This document shows, piece after piece, positions 56,437-64,000 of a stretch of 64,000 nucleotides of DNA. The translations under genes were made by a program, and so were the position numbers. The number at the start of each line of letters is the position of its first letter. The first letter of the stretch is position 1. Source of the DNA: Anaerolineales bacterium (GTDB taxonomy: Bacteria > Chloroflexota > Anaerolineae > Anaerolineales > UBA6663); assembly GCA_035291605.1 (NCBI GenBank), contig DATDRS010000326.1, positions 14,406 through 78,405 of the forward strand. The letters run 5' to 3'. Under the pieces are notes generated by a model. It was given only the letters and a program-made list of their open reading frames with translations, did not search any database and was not told the DNA's origin.

Positions 56437-57837
56437 TCAGTAGGCCCCCTGGCCGGTGATGACGACCCCGATGGTCCTCAGCAGGATCTTCACGTCCAGC
56501 CACAGAGAATAGTTACGGATGTAGTACAGGTCAAATTGTGTGTTCAGGTGCATAGGCAAATCGCTGCGCCCGCTCACCTGCCACCAGCCGGTGATGCCCG
56601 GCGGCACCGCCAGGCGCTGGCGCTGCCACGGCTCATAATGCTCCACGATGAATTGCAGTTCGGGGCGCGGCCCCACCAGGCTCATTTCGCCCTTGAGGAC
56701 GTTGAAGAACTGCGGCAGCTCATCCAGGCTGGTGCGGCGCAAAAAACGCCCGACGCGCGTGACGCGCTTGTCATTTGGGGCCTTGTAAATCTGACGTCCC
56801 TGTTCGTCCAGGGCTACGTCGGGTTGGCGCATGTCGGCGTCGGAGACCATCGTGCGGAATTTGTACATCCAGAACAGGTGGCCGTTCTCGCCAACCCGCT
56901 GCTGCTGGAAAATGACCGAGCCAGGGGAATCCAGTTTGATGGCGACGGCGATCAGGATCATCGCCGGCCAGGTGAACAACACGAGGAGCGCTGTGACGAC
57001 GAGGTCGAAGATGCGCTTAATGGCCCAGGTGAGGCCGGAGAGGCGCGGCTCACGCAGACCGATGAGCGGGATGCCGCCCAACGACTCGACCGACGATTGA
57101 ACGACGACGAGGCGCAGATAGTCTGGGACGAGGCGGACACGGACCGGGTGGGTCAACAACGAATAGGCTAGCGCCTCGACGGCTGCATACTGCGCTGAAG
57201 GCAGGGCCAGGATCACTTCGTCCACCTTCCGGGCGCGCACCAATTCAGACACGTCGGCCAGCTTGCCCAGAATTGGCAGCCCCGCCGGGCCAATCTCGGC
57301 CGCGTCGTCGGCGCAGCCGACGATTTCCACCGAATCGCCGAGGCGTGTTTTCACGGCGTTCGCCACGGCCAGGGCTGCTTCGTCCGCGCCGACCAGCAGG
57401 ACGCGGCTGAGCGGCCGCCCGTGCTGGCGCAAGATGCGCAGGACGACGAGCGCTATAAAACGAATCCCGACCATCAGCGCCAACTCAAAAATCAGGAAGT
57501 AAATGACGGCCAGGCGGGGGAAGTCACGGAAGGAGAAATACAGCATCCCGGCGAAGACAAAGGTCGCGACGCCCACCGCGCGCAGCAGGCTGGCCGGGTC
57601 GCCCATGGGGCGGGTATCGCGCTGAATGTCGTACACGTGCAAGGCGAGGAACGTGGAGAGATAAACCGCCGCGACCATCAGGTGGATGATCGGATTGAGG
57701 TAAGTGTTTGAGGCGTCGAGCAGCCGGCCCAGCGGGATCACTCGCCGGGCGTAGTCGGCGGCGAAGAGCGCTATTTGAGTCGCCAGGGCATCCGCCAGAA
57801 TCAGGATGATGATCAGGTGGCGCATCCGCGTAAACAT
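56437..57837 (-). CDS. Polyprenyl-phosphate sugar-phosphate transferase (WbaP/bacterial sugar transferase family, priming enzyme)
   Basis: N-terminal TM bundle and C-terminal catalytic domain ([46 protein letters not shown]). Confidence 0.9.
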   Translation of the reverse strand: MFTRMRHLIIILILADALATQIALFAADYARRVIPLGRLLDASNTYLNPIIHLMVAAVYLSTFLALHVYDIQRDTRPMGDPASLLRAVGVATFVFAGMLYFSFRDFPRLAVIYFLIFELALMVGIRFIALVVLRILRQHGRPLSRVLLVGADEAALAVANAVKTRLGDSVEIVGCADDAAEIGPAGLPILGKLADVSELVRARKVDEVILALPSAQYAAVEALAYSLLTHPVRVRLVPDYLRLVVVQSSVESLGGIPLIGLREPRLSGLTWAIKRIFDLVVTALLVLFTWPAMILIAVAIKLDSPGSVIFQQQRVGENGHLFWMYKFRTMVSDADMRQPDVALDEQGRQIYKAPNDKRVTRVGRFLRRTSLDELPQFFNVLKGEMSLVGPRPELQFIVEHYEPWQRQRLAVPPGITGWWQVSGRSDLPMHLNTQFDLYYIRNYSLWLDVKILLRTIGVVITGQGAY

Positions 57838-57905
57838 GCCTGAAATTATATGCCGGGCACAAAAAGCGGGTCAATGGGGTAGAAGTTCTGGTGGTCAGCT
57901 CCCAA

Positions 57906-58742
57906 TCAAGCCAAAACCAAGTCGCCCGTGGTGAGTGTGACCGTGAGCGAAAAGCGATGGGGTGAGGAGGAGAAATAGGGCGTCACCCACGCGTTGTCGG
58001 CGATCCGGATGAAACGCTTGTCGTCCAGGCGGATCGTCGCGAGCGGACCGGGGATCACGCGGATTTTGACGGCCATCCCCTCGGGCACGCGGAGGGCGAG
58101 GTCGCCGAACGTCAGGCGCAGGTCCATCTCGCCCTGCCCCGCGGCGGGCAGCGTTAAATCCACGTGCCCGGCGAGCGAACGCAGCGAGAGGGCGCTGACA
58201 TTCAGGTCACGCAAGTTAAGATAGAAATAACCGATGGTCGCCTGCAGATCAAAAGACCAGGGCAGGTTCTTGACGAGGTTCGCCGTCCACTCGCCGGAGA
58301 CAAAGGGCGGGGCGAGGCGGTGATCGAGGATAAGCCGGGCGCGCGCCTCTTCCACCTGCAGGCGCGGCCCCGCGTCGTCCGCGAATTGTCCGACGGCCAG
58401 TTGGGTCGAACCTACGAACGCCGCGACGCGCACGTCGGCGACGGCGGTGGACACTTGCAGGCAAGCGGCTTGGTATTGTTCGCGGTCAATCGCAAAGGGC
58501 GGCGGCGCGAAGGTGTGTGAAGCGCGACTGGCAAGAAAGATGACCAGCCCGGCGGCGATGACCAGCGCGGGCCAAAAGGCGGCCGCGTGCGCGAGCGGGC
58601 CGGCGAAGCCGAGATTCAGGCCGAGCAGGCCCAGGCCCAGGCCAATCAAGATCAACGCCCAGAGCGCGTAGCGCCGGCGCTGGCGGAGCAGGGCTCGCAC
58701 CGAGCTATGCGCGGAGCCGTTCTTCGGAGGCGGGGAGCTCAT
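57906..58742 (-). CDS. Hypothetical membrane protein with beta-rich C-terminal domain (LiaF/DUF4097-like, tentative)
   Basis: Two N-terminal TM helices, then repetitive beta-strand-like segments (DLRLTFGDLALRVPEGMAVKIRV). Confidence 0.45.
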   Translation of the reverse strand: MSSPPPKNGSAHSSVRALLRQRRRYALWALILIGLGLGLLGLNLGFAGPLAHAAAFWPALVIAAGLVIFLASRASHTFAPPPFAIDREQYQAACLQVSTAVADVRVAAFVGSTQLAVGQFADDAGPRLQVEEARARLILDHRLAPPFVSGEWTANLVKNLPWSFDLQATIGYFYLNLRDLNVSALSLRSLAGHVDLTLPAAGQGEMDLRLTFGDLALRVPEGMAVKIRVIPGPLATIRLDDKRFIRIADNAWVTPYFSSSPHRFSLTVTLTTGDLVLA

Positions 58743-58767
58743 CGTCGGCGGATTATAGCAGGCCGGG

Positions 58768-58804
58768 GAAGAACAAACGGGCCGCCCGGCATGCCGGGCG
58801 GCCC
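58768..58804 (-). terminator. Intrinsic terminator of rpoD
   Basis: Perfect 26-nt palindrome GGGCCGCCCGGCATGCCGGGCGGCCC, followed on the minus strand by GTTTGTTCTTC. Confidence 0.8.
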
Positions 58805-58883
58805 GTCTGTCGGGGCGTTCACCTGTGCCTGCCTGTCCTGGCGGTCAGGCCAGGGCGGCGCAGGCGCAGGCCATTGACCGCTC

Positions 58884-60242
58884 TTATTCGCGCAGGTAAT
58901 CGCGTAGCTTGCGGCGGTGGGTCGGGTGGCGCAGACGGCTGAGGGCCTGGGCCTCAATCTGCCGCACCCGTTCGCGCGTCACGCCCATCTTCTTGCCCAC
59001 TTCCTCGAGCGTGTAGCTCTCGCCGTCGAGCAGGCCATAGCGCAACTGCAGGATGCGCACCTCACGCGGAGGCAGGCCGTGCAACACTTCCGCGATCTGC
59101 TCCCTGAGCAGGTTGTGCGTAGCGATCTCCACCGGCTCGGGCGAGTCCTCGTCTTCGATGAAGTCGCCCAGCACCGAATCTTCCTCTTCGTCGGTGGGCG
59201 TCTCCAGCGAGAGCGGGCGGCGGGCGATCTGGATGATGTTCTCGACCTTCTTCGCCGTCACGCTCAAGGCGTCGCCCAGCTCGTCCATCGTCGGATCGCG
59301 ACCCAGTTCCTGCGTCAACTGGTGGGAGACGCGGAGCATCTTGTTGATCTGGTCGCCCATGTGGACGGGGACACGGATGGTGCGGCCCTGATCGGCGATG
59401 GCGCGCGTGACGGCCTGGCGAATCCACCACGTGGCGTAGGTGCTGAATTTGTGCCCGCGGTGATAGTCGAACTTCTTGGCCGCGCGGATCAAGCCGATGT
59501 TCCCTTCCTGGATCAGGTCGAGGAAGGGAACGCCGCGCCCGATGTACTTCTTGGCGACGCTGATGACCAGCCGCGAGTTGGCCGTGATGAGGTGCTCCCG
59601 CGCGGCCATGCCGTCCTCGATGATCGCTTCGAGCTCGGCGCGTTTCTTGGGCGCCAGGCCGCTCCGCCGGGTGGCCAACCGCTCGCGGGCAAACTTGGCT
59701 TTCTCCATCCGCTTGGCGAGCGAGACTTCCTCGGGGGCGGTGAGCAGGGGCACCCGGCCAATCTCTTTCAGGTACAGGCCGATGGTGTCGTCGGCGTCAA
59801 TCGCCGAGAGATATGCGTCCTCCTCCTGAAAGTCGCGGAAGGTCTCACGCTCCAGTTCTTGCTCGGCCTCATCCATCTCGTCTTCAGATGGCTCTTCGGC
59901 GTCCACCGTATCCACGATTTCGATCCCGGCGGCGAGCAGGGCCGCATGGGCCTCGTCCAACTGGTCAATATCCCGCTCAGCCTCGGGGAAGAAGCGCAGG
60001 ATGTCATCGTAGGTGACAAAGCCCTTCTGTTTGCCCAACTCGACGAGCTGCTGGATGGCCGGGTGTTCCTCATCCGGAGCAAGATCCTCCGGTGCGGGCA
60101 TCACCGCAAGCTTGGCCTCTTCCTCGATGGCAAATTCGGTCCGCGCCGCCTGAGGCTTGCCGACGCGGGTAGGTGCCACGGCTTTGGGCGATTTGAGGGT
60201 GGCCTTTTTCGGTTTGGCCTGTTTTCTGGTTTTAACAGTCAT
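58884..60242 (-). CDS. rpoD: Primary RNA polymerase sigma factor (sigma-70, RpoD/SigA)
   Basis: Region 1.2 through 4.2 present: [44 protein letters not shown]. Acidic/basic N-terminal extension. Confidence 0.95.
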   Translation of the reverse strand: MTVKTRKQAKPKKATLKSPKAVAPTRVGKPQAARTEFAIEEEAKLAVMPAPEDLAPDEEHPAIQQLVELGKQKGFVTYDDILRFFPEAERDIDQLDEAHAALLAAGIEIVDTVDAEEPSEDEMDEAEQELERETFRDFQEEDAYLSAIDADDTIGLYLKEIGRVPLLTAPEEVSLAKRMEKAKFARERLATRRSGLAPKKRAELEAIIEDGMAAREHLITANSRLVISVAKKYIGRGVPFLDLIQEGNIGLIRAAKKFDYHRGHKFSTYATWWIRQAVTRAIADQGRTIRVPVHMGDQINKMLRVSHQLTQELGRDPTMDELGDALSVTAKKVENIIQIARRPLSLETPTDEEEDSVLGDFIEDEDSPEPVEIATHNLLREQIAEVLHGLPPREVRILQLRYGLLDGESYTLEEVGKKMGVTRERVRQIEAQALSRLRHPTHRRKLRDYLRE

Positions 60243-60252
60243 GTCACTCCTG

Positions 60253-60281
60253 AGAATAGACTAATTATTGCTAGAAATCAA
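60253..60281 (-). promoter_or_regulatory. sigma70-like promoter TTGATT-17-TATTCT immediately upstream of rpoD
   Basis: Minus strand reads TTGATT (60281-60276), 17-nt spacer, TATTCT (60258-60253). Only 10 nt separate the -10 box from the ATG. Confidence 0.5.
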
Positions 60282-60409
60282 TACCATGTATTAGAGTGAA
60301 GGCTTATGTTAACATAAATCCGGGTGTCATGGTGTTAAGCAGGCCTATGGCTGTCCAACCCGGCAGCAGACTCGGGCCATCGTTCGCTGACTGAACCGTT
60401 GCGAACAGA

Positions 60410-61021
60410 TTAAGGGGTCGCAGTCGGCGCGGGTACAGTAGCGGTGAGCGCCACAGTTGGAGCTAAAGTGGGCGTCGGGACGAAATAGGGAGGCTTGTCA
60501 AGCAAGCCTATCAGGCCGTCAATACTGCTGCTGTATACGACTAGAACTTCTGTTTCGCCGTCTCGTAACAAGTAATAGCCCGTGCCGGTCGGGGTCTTGT
60601 CGCCCACCACGGCCTTGAGCTGCGAGCCGTCAGCCAGTTCTACTCCAAGAGCATATGCTGGAGTCAACACCCCAAATGGGGAGAGATCAGTTGACTTGGT
60701 AATGCTCGTGCTAACCGAAAGTCCGGCCAGCTGCCCTACCGCGCTCGAAACCTGCTGGTCATCCGCGCGGCGTGATTCGGGCGCAGTGACCATCCAGGCT
60801 CCCTGGGCATCTTTTGCGACCTCAATCCTCCGGCTCTCAGCCATATCCACCACCGAGAACCCGGTCACCTGATCGCTGGTGAAGCTCCAGACCGTGCTGG
60901 AGAGGGCGCCGGGTGTAGGCGTGCCGCTCGCCGCCTCGTCTTTTGGCCTTTGGACGATCAACACATACAAGAACAGCAGCCCAAAGGCGATGACTAAAAC
61001 AATAGTCGTGTTGCGATTCAT
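60410..61021 (-). CDS. DUF4340-like exported protein (last gene of the ABC-2/GldG-like cluster)
   Basis: N-terminal anchor TIVLVIAFGLLFLYVLIV. The position after a GldG-like gene matches the usual DUF4340 context. Confidence 0.5.
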   Translation of the reverse strand: MNRNTTIVLVIAFGLLFLYVLIVQRPKDEAASGTPTPGALSSTVWSFTSDQVTGFSVVDMAESRRIEVAKDAQGAWMVTAPESRRADDQQVSSAVGQLAGLSVSTSITKSTDLSPFGVLTPAYALGVELADGSQLKAVVGDKTPTGTGYYLLRDGETEVLVVYSSSIDGLIGLLDKPPYFVPTPTLAPTVALTATVPAPTATP

Positions 61022-61066
61022 AACGTTACGGTCATAAAGATCTCAGCCATCCGTTCCATCCGCTGA

Positions 61067-62656
61067 CTAAACGTGCCGCCGCCGTATGAACCACACGACC
61101 CCGCCGAGCACGACGACGACGAGCGGCACGATGATCACGACGACGAGGAGAATCAGGTTGTCGGTCAACGCGTCGAACCGGGTGACGATGCGGGTCGTCG
61201 GGATTTTGGGCGTGAGGTTGATCAGGCTCTCGTCGGCGGTGGCCCAGTTCACGCTGTTGACGAACAGCTCTGCGTTGAGGACTTCGTTGGCGTTTGCGAA
61301 TCGGTTGCTGGCGAAGCCGGCATCGCCAAAAACGACGAGGCGCGACTTGGCCGCCTTGTTCTCGGCCGCCACGGCGATGTTAAGCGGTCCCTTGCTATCT
61401 CCCTCATCCAGCGCCGGGCCGGTGGTCAGGCTCTCGATATTCGTTTCGCCCCACGAACCTTCGCTGGTGATGACCAAGGGGCTATAGGTGACGTCTGGCA
61501 AGGTTTCCGGGGTGCCGCTCACGAGCACGCTGCGGGCGGCCGGGAAAACGGTGGGGACGCGCTGCAATTTCTGGGTGATCGGACTATCCCCATAGGCGCT
61601 GCTCGCCGGAATCAAGGGCTGGCCGCGCACGCTGAAAAAGGGGTCAATGATCACGTCGGAGGATACCTGGAGGCCCCAGGTCGCGCTCAGATACTCCGCC
61701 AGCGGCTCCGCCGTCCCAGGCTCCGCTTGCATTTCGACCGGCGGATCCAGCATCACAATCAAGGCGCTGTTTGGAGTGGCCTCGAGATAGCCGCCGATGA
61801 TGGCCACTTCGTCGCTGGTGACGGGCACTTGCGGGCCGGCAATCACCAGCGCCCGCGCGTCGGAAGGCACTGTCGCCGAGACCTGCAAATTGAGCGGTTG
61901 GATATCGTAGTTCTGTTTCTTGAGCAGATCCACCACGCCCGACAGGCCGCTCTCCCCCGTGTCTGTGGCGTCCAGCTCGCCGTGGCGCGTCAGGAAGTAA
62001 ACGACGCGCTTGGCCGGGTGCGAGAAACGAACGAGCGCGCTGGTGATCTCCTGCTCGCCCGCAAAAGTGATCTCTTCTTTCTGGTCTCCCATGACCAGCA
62101 CTAACGTGCCATCCCGCGTGATGCCGTATTGATTGGCCAGCGCCGGCTCGCCGTAGATGTCGTGAAACTCATAGGAGAACTTATCGCCCGAGGCGATGCG
62201 GTAACGATCCAGCAGTTTTCTGGTTTGTTCCTGCGAACTGACGAAATTCGTCGAATAGAACCCGATGGCGGTGACCGGCTGAGGCAGCTGCTTGACCGCC
62301 TCAATCGTCTCCGGCGACAGCGTGTTCGCCTGATTCTCCGTGAAGTCCCACTGCTTGTTGTTCTTGTAGACGAGATAGTTTGCCAGCACGACGATCCCGG
62401 CGAACGCCAGCGTCATCACCAGCACGTTGCTGCCGTAGCGCGCCTGCCGGCCGGCCAGCCAGGTCTGCATGGCGCCGGGGTTGAGCAGCATGGCTAAAGC
62501 GAATCCCAGCGCGGCGATGGCGAGGCTGCTCTGGACCGCCACGTCGAACTGGCGCTGATAGAGATAGATGAAGGCGGCGACGATCAGGCCGCCGAGGCCC
62601 ACCGCCACGCCCAGAGGGGCGAATTGTTTCAGTCTTGCGTCGCTCATCAACGCCAC
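61067..62656 (-). CDS. GldG-like ABC-transporter auxiliary component (ABC-type uncharacterised transport system)
   Basis: N-terminal TM helices, about 400-aa extracytoplasmic region, C-terminal anchor LILLVVVIIVPLVVVVLGGVVWFIRRR. Overlaps the permease gene by 10 nt. Confidence 0.65.
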   Translation of the reverse strand: MALMSDARLKQFAPLGVAVGLGGLIVAAFIYLYQRQFDVAVQSSLAIAALGFALAMLLNPGAMQTWLAGRQARYGSNVLVMTLAFAGIVVLANYLVYKNNKQWDFTENQANTLSPETIEAVKQLPQPVTAIGFYSTNFVSSQEQTRKLLDRYRIASGDKFSYEFHDIYGEPALANQYGITRDGTLVLVMGDQKEEITFAGEQEITSALVRFSHPAKRVVYFLTRHGELDATDTGESGLSGVVDLLKKQNYDIQPLNLQVSATVPSDARALVIAGPQVPVTSDEVAIIGGYLEATPNSALIVMLDPPVEMQAEPGTAEPLAEYLSATWGLQVSSDVIIDPFFSVRGQPLIPASSAYGDSPITQKLQRVPTVFPAARSVLVSGTPETLPDVTYSPLVITSEGSWGETNIESLTTGPALDEGDSKGPLNIAVAAENKAAKSRLVVFGDAGFASNRFANANEVLNAELFVNSVNWATADESLINLTPKIPTTRIVTRFDALTDNLILLVVVIIVPLVVVVLGGVVWFIRRRHV

Positions 62657-63441
62657 CTCCGCGATTCCACCACCCGGGTGGCCAGAAACAGAAAGAGGGC
62701 AATCATCGAGATGAAATACACCCCGTCGGACAGGTCCACCACGCCGTTGTAAAAGTTGTTATAGAAATGCCCGGAGAAGTCTATGTAGTTGAAGACCGTC
62801 GCCGTCGCGCTGGTATCGTTCTGGAACGGCAGGCTGATCAGCCACAGGAAGCCGATGAGCAGCGCCAGCGTCGTAAAGAAAGCGGCGATCTGATTGGCGA
62901 ATAACGCGGAGGCAAACACGCCCACGGCCAGCATCGAGCCGATCATGAAGAGCAGGCCGGCGTAAGCCACCAGCAGCGCGCCGCGATCCAGTCCGGGCGT
63001 AGTGTAGTTATTCAGGACGAGCGCATACAGCCCCGTCACAAAAACGATCACGGCCATAAAGCCGAAGGCCGCCAGCCATTTCCCCGTCACCAGTTCCCAT
63101 TCGCGCACGGGGGCGGTGAGCAGCAGCTCGACCGTCCCGGTGCGCTGTTCTTCGGACATCAAGCGCATGGTGACGCCCGGGCTGAGGAAGAGCATGAGCG
63201 TGACGAACGGGCTGAGCACCCATTGCACAAACTCCGGCGATCCGCCAAAATTCGCCACCCGCGACAGGTTGGCGTAAAAGATCAGGCCCAGGATCCCCAG
63301 AAAAGCGAACGCCACCGCATAGGCGACGGGCGAGACAAAGTACATATTGAATTCGCGCTTAGCAATCGTCCAGACATTTTTCATAGGTGTGGTCATGTGA
63401 GCGTGTGAAGAAACGTCGTTCGTGGCCCGTTTACCTGTCAC
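62647..63441 (-). CDS. ABC-2-type transporter permease (GldF-like)
   Basis: Six TM helices, N-terminus KNVWTIAKREFNMYFVSPVAY. GTG at 63441 overlaps the upstream TGA (GTGA). An alternative ATG lies at 63396. Confidence 0.75.
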   Translation of the reverse strand: MTGKRATNDVSSHAHMTTPMKNVWTIAKREFNMYFVSPVAYAVAFAFLGILGLIFYANLSRVANFGGSPEFVQWVLSPFVTLMLFLSPGVTMRLMSEEQRTGTVELLLTAPVREWELVTGKWLAAFGFMAVIVFVTGLYALVLNNYTTPGLDRGALLVAYAGLLFMIGSMLAVGVFASALFANQIAAFFTTLALLIGFLWLISLPFQNDTSATATVFNYIDFSGHFYNNFYNGVVDLSDGVYFISMIALFLFLATRVVESRRWR

Positions 63442-64000
63442 GCCTCACGCGGCTCCTCCACAGTCTCGTCCTTCGTCAACTGGATGAAGATTTCCTCCAG
63501 GCTCACCCGGTCACGGCTGATCTCGAGCAGATTCCAGTTGCCGTTCACCACCGCGCGGGCAATCGCCGGGCGGATGTCCTGACCAGGCGCCGTTTCAATT
63601 TCGAACTCGCCGTCGGTGACCGGACCCACTTTAGCCACGCCGGGGAGGCCGCCCAGGACGTCCAGCAGCCCCACGCCGTCGCCATCCACTTTCAGGCGGA
63701 TGCGCCCGCCGCCCGCAATCTGCATGCTCAGGCGTTCGGGGGTGTCCTCGGCCACAATCTGGCCGTCGTTGATGATGATGACCCGGTTGCACAGTTCCTG
63801 CGCGTGCGCGAGGATGTGCGTCGAGAGCATCACGGTCTGCTCCCGGCCAATCTCGCGGAGCAGTTTTTTGACCTCCACCTGCTCCTGCGGGTCAAAGCCA
63901 TCCATCGGTTCGTCCATGATGAGCACTTCCGGCCTGTGCAACAGGGCCTGCGCGAGGCCCACGCGCTGGCGGAGGCCTTTGGAGAGATTGCCGACGAACG
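63438..64000 (-). CDS. ABC transporter ATP-binding protein (GldA-like), N-terminus outside window
   Basis: ABC signature LSKGLRQR, Walker B VLIMDEP and H-loop MLSTH. The frame is open to the window edge. Confidence 0.85.
   Translation of the reverse strand, partial: FVGNLSKGLRQRVGLAQALLHRPEVLIMDEPMDGFDPQEQVEVKKLLREIGREQTVMLSTHILAHAQELCNRVIIINDGQIVAEDTPERLSMQIAGGGRIRLKVDGDGVGLLDVLGGLPGVAKVGPVTDGEFEIETAPGQDIRPAIARAVVNGNWNLLEISRDRVSLEEIFIQLTKDETVEEPREA

Noticed and set aside
58917-60299. 460-aa ORF antisense to rpoD
   Set aside because: The rpoD frame has all sigma-70 regions. The antisense ORF also runs through the rpoD promoter region.

Overview
High-GC chromosomal segment, densely coding on both strands. 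I see no rRNA, tRNA, CRISPR array, transposase, integrase or prophage genes. The gene content suggests a Chloroflexota-like genome, but that is inference only: lipoprotein-type ABC binding protein, a Tad pilus operon without a secretin, many GT-C membrane glycosyltransferases, and GGAGG Shine-Dalgarno sites alongside leaderless-looking promoters.

Layout:
- 1-24.5 kb is mostly housekeeping: NAPRTase-family enzyme, REC-histidine kinase hybrid, RseP, an ECF sigma operon, map, pth, mfd, SDR, a seven-GAF histidine kinase, lon and folC.
- 24.7-28.6 kb is a phnDCE-type ABC importer with an atypically large permease.
- 28.7-32.9 kb holds two GT2 glycosyltransferases, a stand-alone HNH protein, an LMW-PTP and an uncharacterised two-domain protein.
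- 33.0-42.4 kb holds hpf, comF, a cpaB-cpaE-cpaF-tadB-tadC operon and a DegS/DegU-like two-component system.
- 42.5-57.8 kb is an envelope-glycan cluster: seven consecutive GT-C-type polytopic membrane proteins, an O-antigen-ligase/TPR fusion and a priming phosphoglycosyl transferase.
- 57.9-64.0 kb holds rpoD and an ABC-2/GldG-like/DUF4340 exporter set.

Most unusual signals:
- A family of palindromes built from heptanucleotide repeats sits at gene ends and is also inserted in-frame inside mfd and a GT2 gene.
- The all-GT-C array has no cytoplasmic glycosyltransferase and no flippase.
- The Tad operon runs directly into comF and has no pilin or prepilin peptidase gene.
- Several near-consensus sigma70 promoters have a -10 box only 7-9 nt from the ATG.

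I do not see a defence island or mobile element. The novelty calls below rest on sequence and motif reading and need database and structure checks.
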